Part shown: positions 19,372 through 27,706 of the stretch, in pieces
Layout of the letters: every line of letters starts with the position of its first letter
How positions within the stretch are numbered: position 1 is the stretch's first letter
NCBI RefSeq assembly: GCF_021378375.1
Contig: NZ_CP076228.1
Location: forward strand, 300,001 to 332,000
Reading direction: 5' to 3'
Length of the DNA stretch: 32,000 nucleotides
Origin: Wolbachia endosymbiont of Drosophila innubila
GTDB lineage: Bacteria > Pseudomonadota > Alphaproteobacteria > Rickettsiales > Anaplasmataceae
Made by a program: the position numbers and the translations under genes
The notes under the pieces: model-generated
The model's input: only the letters and a program-made list of their open reading frames with translations
Databases searched by the model: none
What the model was told of the DNA's origin: nothing

Positions 19372-20634
19372 TCACCAATCAACTTTTCTGTCTTTGGCTT
19401 TAATTTGAAGCACAGATATTAGGCTAATTAATGCGCAGGCAGTAAGATAAATGCCTGCTGCAAGTTTTGTTTCGGTTTTTTCTATAAGCCACATGCATAT
19501 GTATGGAGAAAGGCCACCAAAAATTCCTGCAGATATATTATTTGCTAAGCTTACGCCAGTGCATCTTACTTTTGTTGGAAACAGTTCACAAATAACAGAA
19601 CCATATATTCCAAAAGATGCACCTACTGGTATAGTAATCAATAAGTAAGTTATTATTACGACATAGTGGTTAACGGAAGATAATAATGGTAATACACATG
19701 TACCAATCAGAGATAGCATAATCAGTACAGGAATCATTACGCGTTTTCTTCCAACTTTATCAGATAAAATTGCAAAAAGTACCGCAGATGCTGCAAATAC
19801 AACCTGTATTACTATCCTCATTAAATCTTTAACACTAATAGATAAAATAACTAGCTCTTTTATTGATATATTATAAAACATTATTGCTGCGTAGACAATT
19901 GCATTCTGAGCAATTCCCAGATTGATTGAAATAATAAGCGGTCTTTTATAGTTTCTTACTAGTTCTAACAATGGTGAATGTGCTAAATTATTAGCGTACT
20001 TATTAGTTTTATATGCTAAGCTTTCTTTTAATATGTACCTAGTTAAAAAACCTATTGTCCCCCAAAAAAAGCAAAAATAAAAAAGCAACTTCCATCCCCA
20101 TATTTCATAGTTCTCACCTGTAACTCTTTTGCAGATAAATATCATTGTTATGCATAAGAGCGTTCCAAGGGCTCCGCTAAAGGGCTTCATACTTCCTAAG
20201 AAACCTAGATTTTTTTTATCTTTTGAATGCTCTATCGTAAATGCTGTATTAATGCTTGTTTCACCTCCTGCAGTTATTCCTTGCACTATTCTACAAAACA
20301 CAAGCAATACAGGTGAAAGCAACCCTATTTCTTTATACCCAGGTATAATTCCCATAATTGTGGATGATATTGAAATTAATATTACTGAAGTAAGTAAAGT
20401 CTTTCTTCTGCCATACTTATCTCCCATATAACCAAAAATTACTGCACCAATTGGTCTAAACGAAAAACCAATTGCAAAAACACCAAGGAATTTGAGTGTA
20501 CTCAAATAATGATCTTCTGATGGGAAAAAAACGTTGATGATTGTATCTGTTAATACTCCAAAAAGAGTGAGTTCATACCACACAATCATGTTACAGATCA
20601 TGCCCGATAGTATTGCTTTTTGGATATTATTCAT
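19372..20634 (-). CDS. MFS transporter (ProP-like proline/betaine-type permease)
   Basis: 420 aa with about 12 TM segments. It has the MFS loop motif GDKYGRRKTLL. Substrate is not assignable from the sequence. Confidence 0.8.
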   Translation of the reverse strand: MNNIQKAILSGMICNMIVWYELTLFGVLTDTIINVFFPSEDHYLSTLKFLGVFAIGFSFRPIGAVIFGYMGDKYGRRKTLLTSVILISISSTIMGIIPGYKEIGLLSPVLLVFCRIVQGITAGGETSINTAFTIEHSKDKKNLGFLGSMKPFSGALGTLLCITMIFICKRVTGENYEIWGWKLLFYFCFFWGTIGFLTRYILKESLAYKTNKYANNLAHSPLLELVRNYKRPLIISINLGIAQNAIVYAAIMFYNISIKELVILSISVKDLMRIVIQVVFAASAVLFAILSDKVGRKRVMIPVLIMLSLIGTCVLPLLSSVNHYVVIITYLLITIPVGASFGIYGSVICELFPTKVRCTGVSLANNISAGIFGGLSPYICMWLIEKTETKLAAGIYLTACALISLISVLQIKAKDRKVDW

Positions 20635-20695
20635 GGTCTTTCAATTTAACATAACCTAATATATCATTAACCGGTGCTCCTTGCTATAAAATTTT

Positions 20696-22498
20696 TCATT
20701 CAATAACCTTCAAGGATAATTCACGTAAATGCTTATCCTCCACCTTGGAAGGAGCACCCATTAGAACATCTTCACCTTGCTGGTTCATAGGAAAACAGAT
20801 TACTTCACGAATATTTGGCTCATCAGCAAGCAGCATAACTATTCTATCAACTCCTGGTGCTATTCCACCATGAGGAGGAACACCAAATCTGAATGCACGT
20901 ACAAGTGCACCGAATCTTGTATCAACTTCTCCCCGGCTATAACCTGCAATGGCAAAAGCTTTATACATGATATCCAGTTTGTTATTACGAATCGCCCCAC
21001 TTGACAGTTCTATTCCATTGCAAACAAGATCATATTGGTAAGCAAGGATATCCAGTGGATTTTTGTCCTCTAAATCTTTCAGACCACCGTGTGGCATGGA
21101 GAATGGGTTATGAAAGAAATCGATTTTTTTACTTTTATCGTCATATACAAAATATGGAAAATCAATGATCCAACAAAACTTGAAGATATTATCATCTATA
21201 AGACTGAGTTCTGACCCTAAAAGAGTGCGTACTTTTCCTGCAATGTTTGCCGCCTCATTCTCTTTGTCAGAAGCAAAAAATACACTATCTCCTGGCTCTA
21301 TGTTTGTTGCTTCTCTTATGTGGTTTAGCCTATTTTCATCAAGAAATTTAGCAATTGGGCCTTTCGCAGTTCCACCTTTATCAAACGTTATATATCCGAG
21401 ACCCTTAGCACCGAATTCTTTTTGCGCATGTTCTATCTTTTTATCAAAGAAGCTGCGTGGTTCCTCTGCTGTTTTAGGTGCAGGGATGGCTCTCACTACC
21501 ATACCACGCTCAATATTGCTTTTGAAAATATTGAACCCTGAATCACGAAAAATTTCTGTAACATCGCTGATTAATAGTGGATTACGCAAATCTGGCTTGT
21601 CAGAACCATACTTAAGCATTGCCTCTTTGTATGTAATGCGTGGAAAATCTTTATCGACAGACTTGCGAGAAAATTTAGCAAACACTCTATATAAGGTAGA
21701 CTCAATAATCTGAAAGATGTCTTCTTGAGTTACAAAAGACATTTCAAGATCTAGCTGATAAAACTCTCCCGGAGAACGGTCAGCCCTTGCGTCTTCATCA
21801 CGAAAACACGGTGCAATTTGGAAATATTTATCAAACCCTGAAACCATGAGCAACTGTTTGAAAATCTGCGGAGCTTGTGGCAATGCATAGAACTTGCCAG
21901 GATTTAGCCTGCTTGGCACTAGGTAGTCGCGTGCTCCTTCAGGAGAGGAAGCAGTGAGTATTGGAGTTTGAATCTCTAAAAATCCTCGCTCTATCATGAG
22001 CTTGCGGAGCTCTGCAATAATTTGTGAGCGCAAAATAATATTGTTGCGGACTTTTTCACGTCTTAAGTCAAGAAATCGATATTTAAATCTCATGTTTTCT
22101 GGGTATTCTTGCTCGCCGGTAATGCTTGCCAATATACTTCTTTCTTCTTTTGCTATTTCTTCATCAAAGTGGAACTCAACTTCCGACTCAACGCGCAAAT
22201 TGTTGACTATCACCTCGATTTCTCCGGTAGAAATAGAGCTGTTTACCGTATCTTCAGTTCTAGCTTCAACTATTCCTGTAACAGTAATTACACTCTCCAA
22301 TTTTAAATTTGATATCTCATCAAAAAAGTCTTTGTCATTATTAAATACTAGCTGAGTGATTCCGTAGAAGTCTCTTAAATCAACAAAAATTAGGTTACCA
22401 TGGTCGCGCTTACGATATAACCATCCAGAAAGGGTAACTTCCTTTTCTACATCATTCTTTCTTAATTCTTCACACGTGTGAGTCTTGTAGCAGTTCAT
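20696..22498 (-). CDS. aspS: Aspartate--tRNA ligase
   Basis: Class II motifs are present ([14 protein letters not shown]-like [28 protein letters not shown]). I place the start at ATG 22498 ([13 protein letters not shown]), which matches the usual AspRS N-terminus. The ORF track extends 21 codons further upstream to 22561. Confidence 0.93.
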   Translation of the reverse strand: MNCYKTHTCEELRKNDVEKEVTLSGWLYRKRDHGNLIFVDLRDFYGITQLVFNNDKDFFDEISNLKLESVITVTGIVEARTEDTVNSSISTGEIEVIVNNLRVESEVEFHFDEEIAKEERSILASITGEQEYPENMRFKYRFLDLRREKVRNNIILRSQIIAELRKLMIERGFLEIQTPILTASSPEGARDYLVPSRLNPGKFYALPQAPQIFKQLLMVSGFDKYFQIAPCFRDEDARADRSPGEFYQLDLEMSFVTQEDIFQIIESTLYRVFAKFSRKSVDKDFPRITYKEAMLKYGSDKPDLRNPLLISDVTEIFRDSGFNIFKSNIERGMVVRAIPAPKTAEEPRSFFDKKIEHAQKEFGAKGLGYITFDKGGTAKGPIAKFLDENRLNHIREATNIEPGDSVFFASDKENEAANIAGKVRTLLGSELSLIDDNIFKFCWIIDFPYFVYDDKSKKIDFFHNPFSMPHGGLKDLEDKNPLDILAYQYDLVCNGIELSSGAIRNNKLDIMYKAFAIAGYSRGEVDTRFGALVRAFRFGVPPHGGIAPGVDRIVMLLADEPNIREVICFPMNQQGEDVLMGAPSKVEDKHLRELSLKVIE

Positions 22499-22631
22499 AT
22501 TTGTTTCACTTCTAAATTCTTTAAAAAGTATAGAAATAAACCTTACCACATACAAGCCCATTCGTCAGATATTTGTCCAGTTTACGAAATAGAGCAGTAT
22601 TACTTTTATACTGTCTTTACTCACACAAAAA

Positions 22632-22660
22632 TTGCACAATTTCTATAATTATGGTATAAT
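22632..22660 (+). promoter_or_regulatory. Candidate sigma70 promoter: TTGCAC, 17 nt, TATAAT
   Basis: TTGCAC at 22632-22637, a 17-nt spacer, and TATAAT at 22655-22660. It lies 28 nt upstream of ATG 22689, in the divergent aspS/143-aa-gene region. Confidence 0.4.
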
Positions 22661-22688
22661 ATGATGTGGCGTAAGCTGAGTACAGAAA

Positions 22689-23120
22689 ATGTCTTTCGGA
22701 CAAATTATTATATATAGTATAGCATTACTTGCTATAGTCAAAGTATTTCTCTTTTTGAGAAAAATATACAAAAATCGCATTAGAAAAATCATATTTCCTA
22801 GAAAAGTTTTTAAAGAAGAGTGGGAAGAAGACAGAAAATTCAATGAATTATATCAAAAAAATAAGCAAAAAGAGTTGATGAAACAACAGGAAATACTGCG
22901 TGAGAAGCAAAAAGATGTGCAAGTTTATAAAGAAGATCCAGAAATAGTTGACATAGCAAAACCGGTAGGTAAATGGACAAAGATGGTTATGATGGGTAAT
23001 GGTTTAATGCAGCGTTTTGCACAATTGATACATAGAGAAGGCGGACAGAAAGGATTTTGGGAGCTGTTTGTAAAAGCTCAGGCTTCAACTCAAGGTAAAC
23101 ATAAGGGAAAGGGCAGATAA
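22689..23120 (+). CDS. Hypothetical membrane-anchored protein (one N-terminal TM, charged helical region)
   Basis: 143-aa ORF. The N-terminus IIIYSIALLAIVKVFLFL is hydrophobic. Its stop lies 3 nt before the ccmA start, suggesting translational coupling. No family recognised. Confidence 0.6.
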   Translation: MSFGQIIIYSIALLAIVKVFLFLRKIYKNRIRKIIFPRKVFKEEWEEDRKFNELYQKNKQKELMKQQEILREKQKDVQVYKEDPEIVDIAKPVGKWTKMVMMGNGLMQRFAQLIHREGGQKGFWELFVKAQASTQGKHKGKGR

Positions 23121-23123
23121 TCC

Positions 23124-23747
23124 ATGCTTGAATGTGAAAATTTATCCTGCACTCGTAATAATAAGGTACTATTTAAGAATCTCAGTTTTAAAGCTGAGCT
23201 AAAATCAAAGATTCTAATCACTGGTCCAAATGGTAGTGGTAAAACCAGCTTAATTAGAAGTTTATCTGGACTTTTACCGCCGGTATCAGGCAATATAAGG
23301 CACTGCGGAAAAGATATATATGATGATCCAAAATCCTATATATCTTCTATGGTCTATATAGGCCATAAGAATGCCTGTAAAGATAGCTTAACTGTTGCTC
23401 AAAACGTAGAATTCTGGGCAGGAATACGAAATACTAGAGAATTGATTGTGGCAGCTATTTGTTGCTTGCAGTTGCAACCTGTACTTAATATTAGATATGG
23501 CGAACTTTCTGCAGGCTGGAAAAGGAGAGTTGCGCTTGCTCGCCTCTTGATTTCTAATGCAAACGTTTGGCTGATAGATGAACCATTTTGTAATCTTGAT
23601 AGTGCAACGTGTGAATTAGTGCTGAACCTAATCTCAATACGCTCTGAGCAAAATGGTATAGTAATTATTACAGGGCATAGCTCTACAGAGCAATTGTGTG
23701 ATTTTACAACGATTGATATACGTAATTTCAATAGACTTCTTGTATAG
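23124..23747 (+). CDS. ccmA: Cytochrome c biogenesis heme exporter ATP-binding protein CcmA
   Basis: 207 aa. It has Walker A GPNGSGKTS, the ABC signature LSAGWKRRVALARLL, and Walker B WLIDEP. The size and signature variant fit CcmA. Confidence 0.85.
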   Translation: MLECENLSCTRNNKVLFKNLSFKAELKSKILITGPNGSGKTSLIRSLSGLLPPVSGNIRHCGKDIYDDPKSYISSMVYIGHKNACKDSLTVAQNVEFWAGIRNTRELIVAAICCLQLQPVLNIRYGELSAGWKRRVALARLLISNANVWLIDEPFCNLDSATCELVLNLISIRSEQNGIVIITGHSSTEQLCDFTTIDIRNFNRLLV

Positions 23748-23766
23748 TTTTTGGCAACAACCGCTA

Positions 23767-24236
23767 GAAATAAAAAACTTGCTTGACAAACTCCGCCAGC
23801 CCCCTTATCATAAACACTGAAGCTATTTATTTATCTTCTCTGTACAGATTAAATGACAAAAAAACTCACGTATCTGGCGTCTCATGTTTAATTTTTTGCA
23901 CTATGTGCACCTTATGTCTTTATCAAACTTCTACCTACATAAGCTGAAACGCGCTTATAAAGCGTCTAAAACATAAAAAAACGCCAACTTAAAAAATGGA
24001 TAGTGAATAACTAGCTACCCTAGGGTTTCTTTTGCCTTTTTTTCTGTTTAGTAAATTTCTTAAACATTTATAGCTAAGGTTAGTTGCATTTAAAAGCAGC
24101 TGAATCGCGGTTATTAAGCGTTTAGAATAAAAAAACGCCATACTTGAAAGTATAATATAAGTAATTAGCCAACTACGGGGCTTCTTTTGCCTTTTTTTCT
24201 GTTTAGTAAATTTCTTAAATATTTATAGCTAAACGA
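23767..24236 (+). repeat. Dispersed repeat copy A: promoter-like head, a conserved segment of about 150 nt, and two tandem units of about 155 bp
   Basis: Aligns by eye with 26205-26680 and 31828-32000. The internal tandem units are marked by GCCTTTTTTTCTGTTTAGTAAATTTCTTAAA at 24033 and 24189. Confidence 0.8.
23783..23811 (+). promoter_or_regulatory. Near-consensus sigma70 promoter carried on repeat copy A (TTGACA, 17 nt, TATCAT)
   Basis: TTGACA at 23783-23788, a 17-nt spacer, and TATCAT at 23806-23811. The same arrangement is conserved in copies B and C. Confidence 0.5.
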
Positions 24237-24622
24237 CAACCGTCATCCCGCTGCTTGTTAGCGGGATCTAGAGATACCGCGAATGAATCGCGGTATGACG
24301 GTTCGCGGTGGCATGACGATAAGCTCGTCATCCCGCTGCTTGTTAGCGGCTAAGGGATACCGCGAAGGGATACCGCGAAGGGATACTGCGAATGAATCGC
24401 GGTATGACGGTTAATTATTCTGCGGCGGTATGACGTAGAGCTCGCGTTAGCTATACTTTTATACTCACCAACTCAGTATCCAATCTGGATCCAAGTAGTC
24501 AGCTACTTGGATGACAACCTGTTGAGGCTGCGCTTACACATTCCACTTTCTATGCTCACCAAACAAATTTGCTTACTCGCAGCAAAATTTTCTGGATCCA
24601 AGTAGTCAGCTACTCGGATGAC
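24236..24622. repeat. Cluster of nested palindromic repeats with an internal partial duplication
   Basis: CCGTCATCCCGCTGCTTGTTAGCGGGATC occurs once in full at 24239 and once as a truncated second copy (24326-24350). ATACCGCGAATGAATCGCGGTATGACGG occurs once and again with one substitution (ATACTGCGAATGAATCGCGGTATGACGG). GGATCCAAGTAGTCAGCTACT[TC]GGATGAC occurs twice. The cluster is the inverted counterpart of 18124-18290. Confidence 0.85.
24353..24391. repeat. 13-bp tandem repeat AGGGATACCGCGA x3 (third unit has one substitution)
   Basis: Read directly. Units at 24353-24365, 24366-24378 and 24379-24391. Confidence 0.9.
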
Positions 24623-24879
24623 ATCTTTGTGTTTGAGGCAAAACCAGCTATAACATTTCTTCGCAAACAAATGTTCGTACAGTTGTGCGCGTGATGCTGG
24701 AATCTAGACAACAATTAGATCCTATTGTCAAGCAATAAGCTACATGTGCTATTTATTTAGTAGATTAAATATGAAGTTTAAAACTCTGCTATTGACTTCC
24801 TGTAGAACTAGTGAAAACCAAACTTGCTTAAAACCACTTAATTAGTTATAGTTATAGTTATAAGTTTAGGTACAGTAAA

Positions 24880-26175
24880 ATGACAGCTTTTGTCCCCTTG
24901 ATTATTTTTTTAATCTTGTATCTTGGAAGTGGTGCTTATTTTTCTTTTATCGGAACTGATAATCCACTTCATCAGGTTTCACCAGTAATCTGCTTATTAC
25001 CAGCACTATTTTTTGCTGTCTCACGTGGTACAAATAAAATTCAGCATAACATCGATACTGTTATCAAGGGCATGGGTGACAAAAACACCCTTACTATGTG
25101 TTTAATTTTTTTATTTTCTGGAGCATTTTCTGCGGTGACTCAATCAATCGGTAGCGCAGACACTGTTGCTAATTTAATTCTTAATTTCCTTCCAGCGAGA
25201 TTACTGCTGCCTGGAGTATTTTTGGCTTCTGCTTTTATTTCAACTGCAATTGGCACATCTATGGGAGTTGTTGCGCTGATGGTACCTATAGCTGTTAATC
25301 TGGCAAAAAGTGGAGCTTTTGGTCTCGAAATAGGAACTGCAACTGTAGTAGGTGGTGCCGTGTTTGGCGATAACCTTTCGATGATATCTGATACCACCAT
25401 TGCATCTGTTTCTTCACAGGAAGCTTCAGCAAAAGATAAACTTAAAATAAACTCTAAAGTTGCACTTATTGCCAGCATTATAACACTCATCTACCTAGCA
25501 GTTGCCTCAAATAGTACAAAAATTATTTCTATATCAAATTTAGATTATTATTCTATAATAAAAATTATTCCTTACATTTCTTTAATAATCATGGGGCTGC
25601 TTGAAGTCGCCACTTTAGTAACAATAACTATAAACATAATTATTGCTGGTGTGCTAGGAATAACTTTTTTTGACTATGCTATCATTCAATTTCCTCATGA
25701 CGTGTATGACGGTTTCACAAAAGTAAACGAAATAGTGATATTTGCTCTATTTATCGGTGGATTGAGCCATATAATGTACAAGCAAGGTCAAAAAGCGTTG
25801 CATAAACTCATCGATGAAAGCAATATCACAAAAACTAAAGCTGAATTTGTGATAGCAGGAATTGCGTCTATGTTTACTACCTTAGTTGCCAATAATACCA
25901 TTGCTATTTTACTAAGTGGTGGCATTGCAAAAAGGCTTGCACAAAAACACAGTATTGCGCCACATCGCAGCGCATACTTATTAGATGTTTTTGCTTGTGC
26001 TACAAAAGGTATCTTACCTTATGGTTCCCAACTATTGCTAGCAGGTAGCATCGCCTCTGTATCACCTATTTCTTTATTAACACAGGTATATTATTGCTTT
26101 ATTCTAGTGGCAGTTACAATAGGCGAAATAATCATCAACAGCAGAAAAGAGAAACATTGTGCGGCTGCAACTTAG
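24880..26175 (+). CDS. NhaC-superfamily Na+/H+ antiporter-like membrane transporter
   Basis: 431-aa polytopic protein. The GDNLSMISDTTIAS segment resembles the conserved SDTT loop of NhaC-type carriers. Family call is from memory of that motif, and the substrate is unknown. Confidence 0.65.
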   Translation: MTAFVPLIIFLILYLGSGAYFSFIGTDNPLHQVSPVICLLPALFFAVSRGTNKIQHNIDTVIKGMGDKNTLTMCLIFLFSGAFSAVTQSIGSADTVANLILNFLPARLLLPGVFLASAFISTAIGTSMGVVALMVPIAVNLAKSGAFGLEIGTATVVGGAVFGDNLSMISDTTIASVSSQEASAKDKLKINSKVALIASIITLIYLAVASNSTKIISISNLDYYSIIKIIPYISLIIMGLLEVATLVTITINIIIAGVLGITFFDYAIIQFPHDVYDGFTKVNEIVIFALFIGGLSHIMYKQGQKALHKLIDESNITKTKAEFVIAGIASMFTTLVANNTIAILLSGGIAKRLAQKHSIAPHRSAYLLDVFACATKGILPYGSQLLLAGSIASVSPISLLTQVYYCFILVAVTIGEIIINSRKEKHCAAAT

Positions 26176-26204
26176 AGTTTCTCTTTTTTTACCCATAAGG
26201 AACG

Positions 26205-26680
26205 GAATTACTTGACACCCTTCGCCAACCCCCTTATCATGAAACTGAAGCTATTTATTTATCTTCGCAATCTGTGCAGGTTAATGACAAAAAACTTAGG
26301 GTATTTGGCGTCTCATGTTTAATTTTTCGCACTACGTGCATCGCATGTCTTTAAAAATTTCTGGGTTTTTACCTATATAAGCCGAAACGCGCTTACAAAG
26401 CGTTTAAGACAGCAAAAAACGTCAAATTGACAAGGGAGAATTTGAATGCTAGCTACTACGGGGTTTCTTTGCCTTTTTTCCTGCTTAGTAAATTTCTTAA
26501 ACACTTGCGGTGTAGGTTAGTTGCAAGTTAAAAGCAGCTAAATCGCTCTTAATCAAGCGTTTTAGAATAAAAAAAACGCCGATATTTTAGTACATAGTAA
26601 ATAGCCAACCACCATGGGGCTTCTTTTGCCTTTTTTTTCATTTGGTAAATTTCTTAAACATTTATAGTTGCAATTTAAGA
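26205..26680 (+). repeat. Dispersed repeat copy B: promoter-like head, conserved segment, and two tandem units of about 155 bp
   Basis: Aligns with copy A along its whole length, with substitutions and small indels. The tandem marker GCCTTTTTT occurs at 26471 and 26627. Confidence 0.8.
26212..26240 (+). promoter_or_regulatory. sigma70-like promoter on repeat copy B (TTGACA, 17 nt, TATCAT)
   Basis: TTGACA at 26212-26217 and TATCAT at 26235-26240. The spacer sequence differs from copies A and C, but its 17-nt length is retained. Confidence 0.45.
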
Positions 26681-26692
26681 GCCCGTAAAGGG

Positions 26693-26909
26693 TGTCATTC
26701 CAGTGCCCCTGTGATGTATTCCAGTGCTTGACACTGGAATACAGTTTTCCATATAATCTCATCGAAAATGTTGTAACCACTTTCCATGCTAGTTTGCTTG
26801 TTCACAAGCAAACTTTTCTGGATCCCAGTGTCTGGGCACTGGGATGACAAGAGAAGGTACTAGCCTGACACCCTGACAACCGTCATCCCGCTGCTTGTTA
26901 GCGGGATCT
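26693..26909. repeat. Cluster of nested palindromic repeats
   Basis: Contains GTGTCATTCCAGTG...ATTCCAGTGCTTGACACTGGAAT, TTTGCTTGTTCACAAGCAAA, GGATCCCAGTGTCTGGGCACTGGGATGACAAG and CCGTCATCCCGCTGCTTGTTAGCGGGATC. Confidence 0.85.
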
Positions 26910-27061
26910 ATGCTAATGCCCTTTTATTCTTTCAATTATGTTATTTCCATTTAAATCTGTCTGTTCCGCAACTTCAGTGAATACAGTTGAATACTCCCTA
27001 AAACTGATCGTCATAACTTTACCCTACTTTGAATAATATTTTGATCATTACATATTGTAAC

Positions 27062-27160
27062 AAAAAAAATCAACTCATTTCTTCTAACGGCTCTATATTA
27101 AAGATAGAAAGTCCAGAAGCAATGACGTGTGCTAAGGCTTGGACAAGTTGCAGCGGTGAG
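27062..27160 (-). pseudogene. Displaced duplicate of the argS 3' end (last about 30 codons, with an 8-nt deletion)
   Basis: Aligns with 27768-27873. The minus strand reads [25 protein letters not shown], identical in protein to the argS C-terminus but with 8 nucleotide differences, all at synonymous third positions. An 8-nt gap breaks the frame further upstream. Confidence 0.8.
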
Positions 27161-27175
27161 ATCTTTCTTATATCT

Positions 27176-27478
27176 TTAATTGTGTAATCTTCTGTGTTTG
27201 TAAATGTTTTTTCTATACCCCACTGCAGTAATAAGTACTTTACGTTCTGAATGATTTATGATGTAAATTATACGGTAGTTGCTAACCCTTATCCTATATT
27301 GCCCTCTAAAGCTATGACATAAAGGCTTTCCTAGATTAAAAGGATCAACTGTAAGGCGTTTCTTTATGGCCTCCTGAACCATTAATTTAATCTTTGCCGG
27401 AAGAGCTGGAATTTCTTTTTCAATAACATTTTTTAAGAATTTTATAGTGTAAGTTTTATTTCCAGATGTTTTCATCAT
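27176..27478 (-). CDS. Type II toxin, RelE/ParE family
   Basis: 100 aa. YTIKFLKNVIEKEIPALPAKIK...LGKPLCHSFRGQYRIRVSNYRIIYIINHSERKVLITAVGYRKNIY follows the RelE/ParE fold pattern. It overlaps the upstream antitoxin gene by 23 nt. Confidence 0.85.
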   Translation of the reverse strand: MMKTSGNKTYTIKFLKNVIEKEIPALPAKIKLMVQEAIKKRLTVDPFNLGKPLCHSFRGQYRIRVSNYRIIYIINHSERKVLITAVGYRKNIYKHRRLHN

Positions 27479-27680
27479 CCTCTACTTCTTCTTCACCTTC
27501 AGAGAGGCGATCGTCAGCTATTTTGGATAGCTCTACATCTTCTTCGAACTCTTCTTCCACTAAATCTACTAAAACTTCAGGAATAGTTTTATTTTGAGTC
27601 TCTGCCATTTCTGTAAGATACTGAGCCAATTTACTGTCAAAACTTACATTAACATTGAGCTTTTTTTGACTGTGAGCCAT
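27456..27680 (-). CDS. Cognate antitoxin (RelB/DinJ- or RHH-like N-terminus, acidic C-terminal tail)
   Basis: 74 aa. It lies immediately upstream of the toxin and overlaps it. The N-terminus KKLNVNVSFDSKLAQYLTEMAE looks DNA-binding, and the C-terminus is highly acidic. Confidence 0.75.
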   Translation of the reverse strand: MAHSQKKLNVNVSFDSKLAQYLTEMAETQNKTIPEVLVDLVEEEFEEDVELSKIADDRLSEGEEEVEDDENIWK

Positions 27681-27706
27681 ATATTAACCAGAAAATACTA
27701 CTATAA

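Noticed and set aside
22499-22561. 21-codon N-terminal extension of aspS ([21 protein letters not shown]) in the ORF track.
   Set aside because: AspRS proteins normally start close to the ...THxCGELR block. The internal ATG at 22498 ([13 protein letters not shown]) fits this, and the extension is hydrophobic and unlike AspRS.
23090-23731. Minus-strand ORFs 23090-23293 and 23399-23731.
   Set aside because: They are antisense to ccmA and to the end of the 143-aa gene, with no independent support.
23853-23891. 12-codon mini-ORF in the dispersed repeat. It reads MTKKLTYLASHV in copy A and MTKNLGYLASHV at the same place in copy B.
   Set aside because: It has no Shine-Dalgarno sequence, and copy C has a 1-nt deletion that destroys the frame. 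The conservation is better explained at the RNA/DNA level.
23941-24236. Whether the tandem repeats in copies A and B (here and at 26400-26680) could be a CRISPR array.
   Set aside because: The period is about 155 bp and whole units are similar. There is no alternation of short repeats with unique spacers, no cas genes, and only two units per locus.
25140-25490. 116-aa minus-strand ORF inside the NhaC-like gene.
   Set aside because: It is antisense to a long polytopic membrane protein ORF, and its Ala/Pro/Thr-rich composition is a mirror-frame artefact.
26562-26780. 72-aa minus-strand ORF.
   Set aside because: It lies wholly within the tandem subrepeats and palindromic cluster of repeat copy B. 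The basic low-complexity peptide arises from A-rich repeat sequence.
26913-27014. 33-codon minus-strand ORF (MTISFREYSTVFTEVAEQTDLNGNNIIERIKGH) just left of the displaced argS fragment.
   Set aside because: It is short, has only a weak RBS, and I recognise no family. It could be a gene remnant or a real micro-protein, but I cannot support it from sequence alone.
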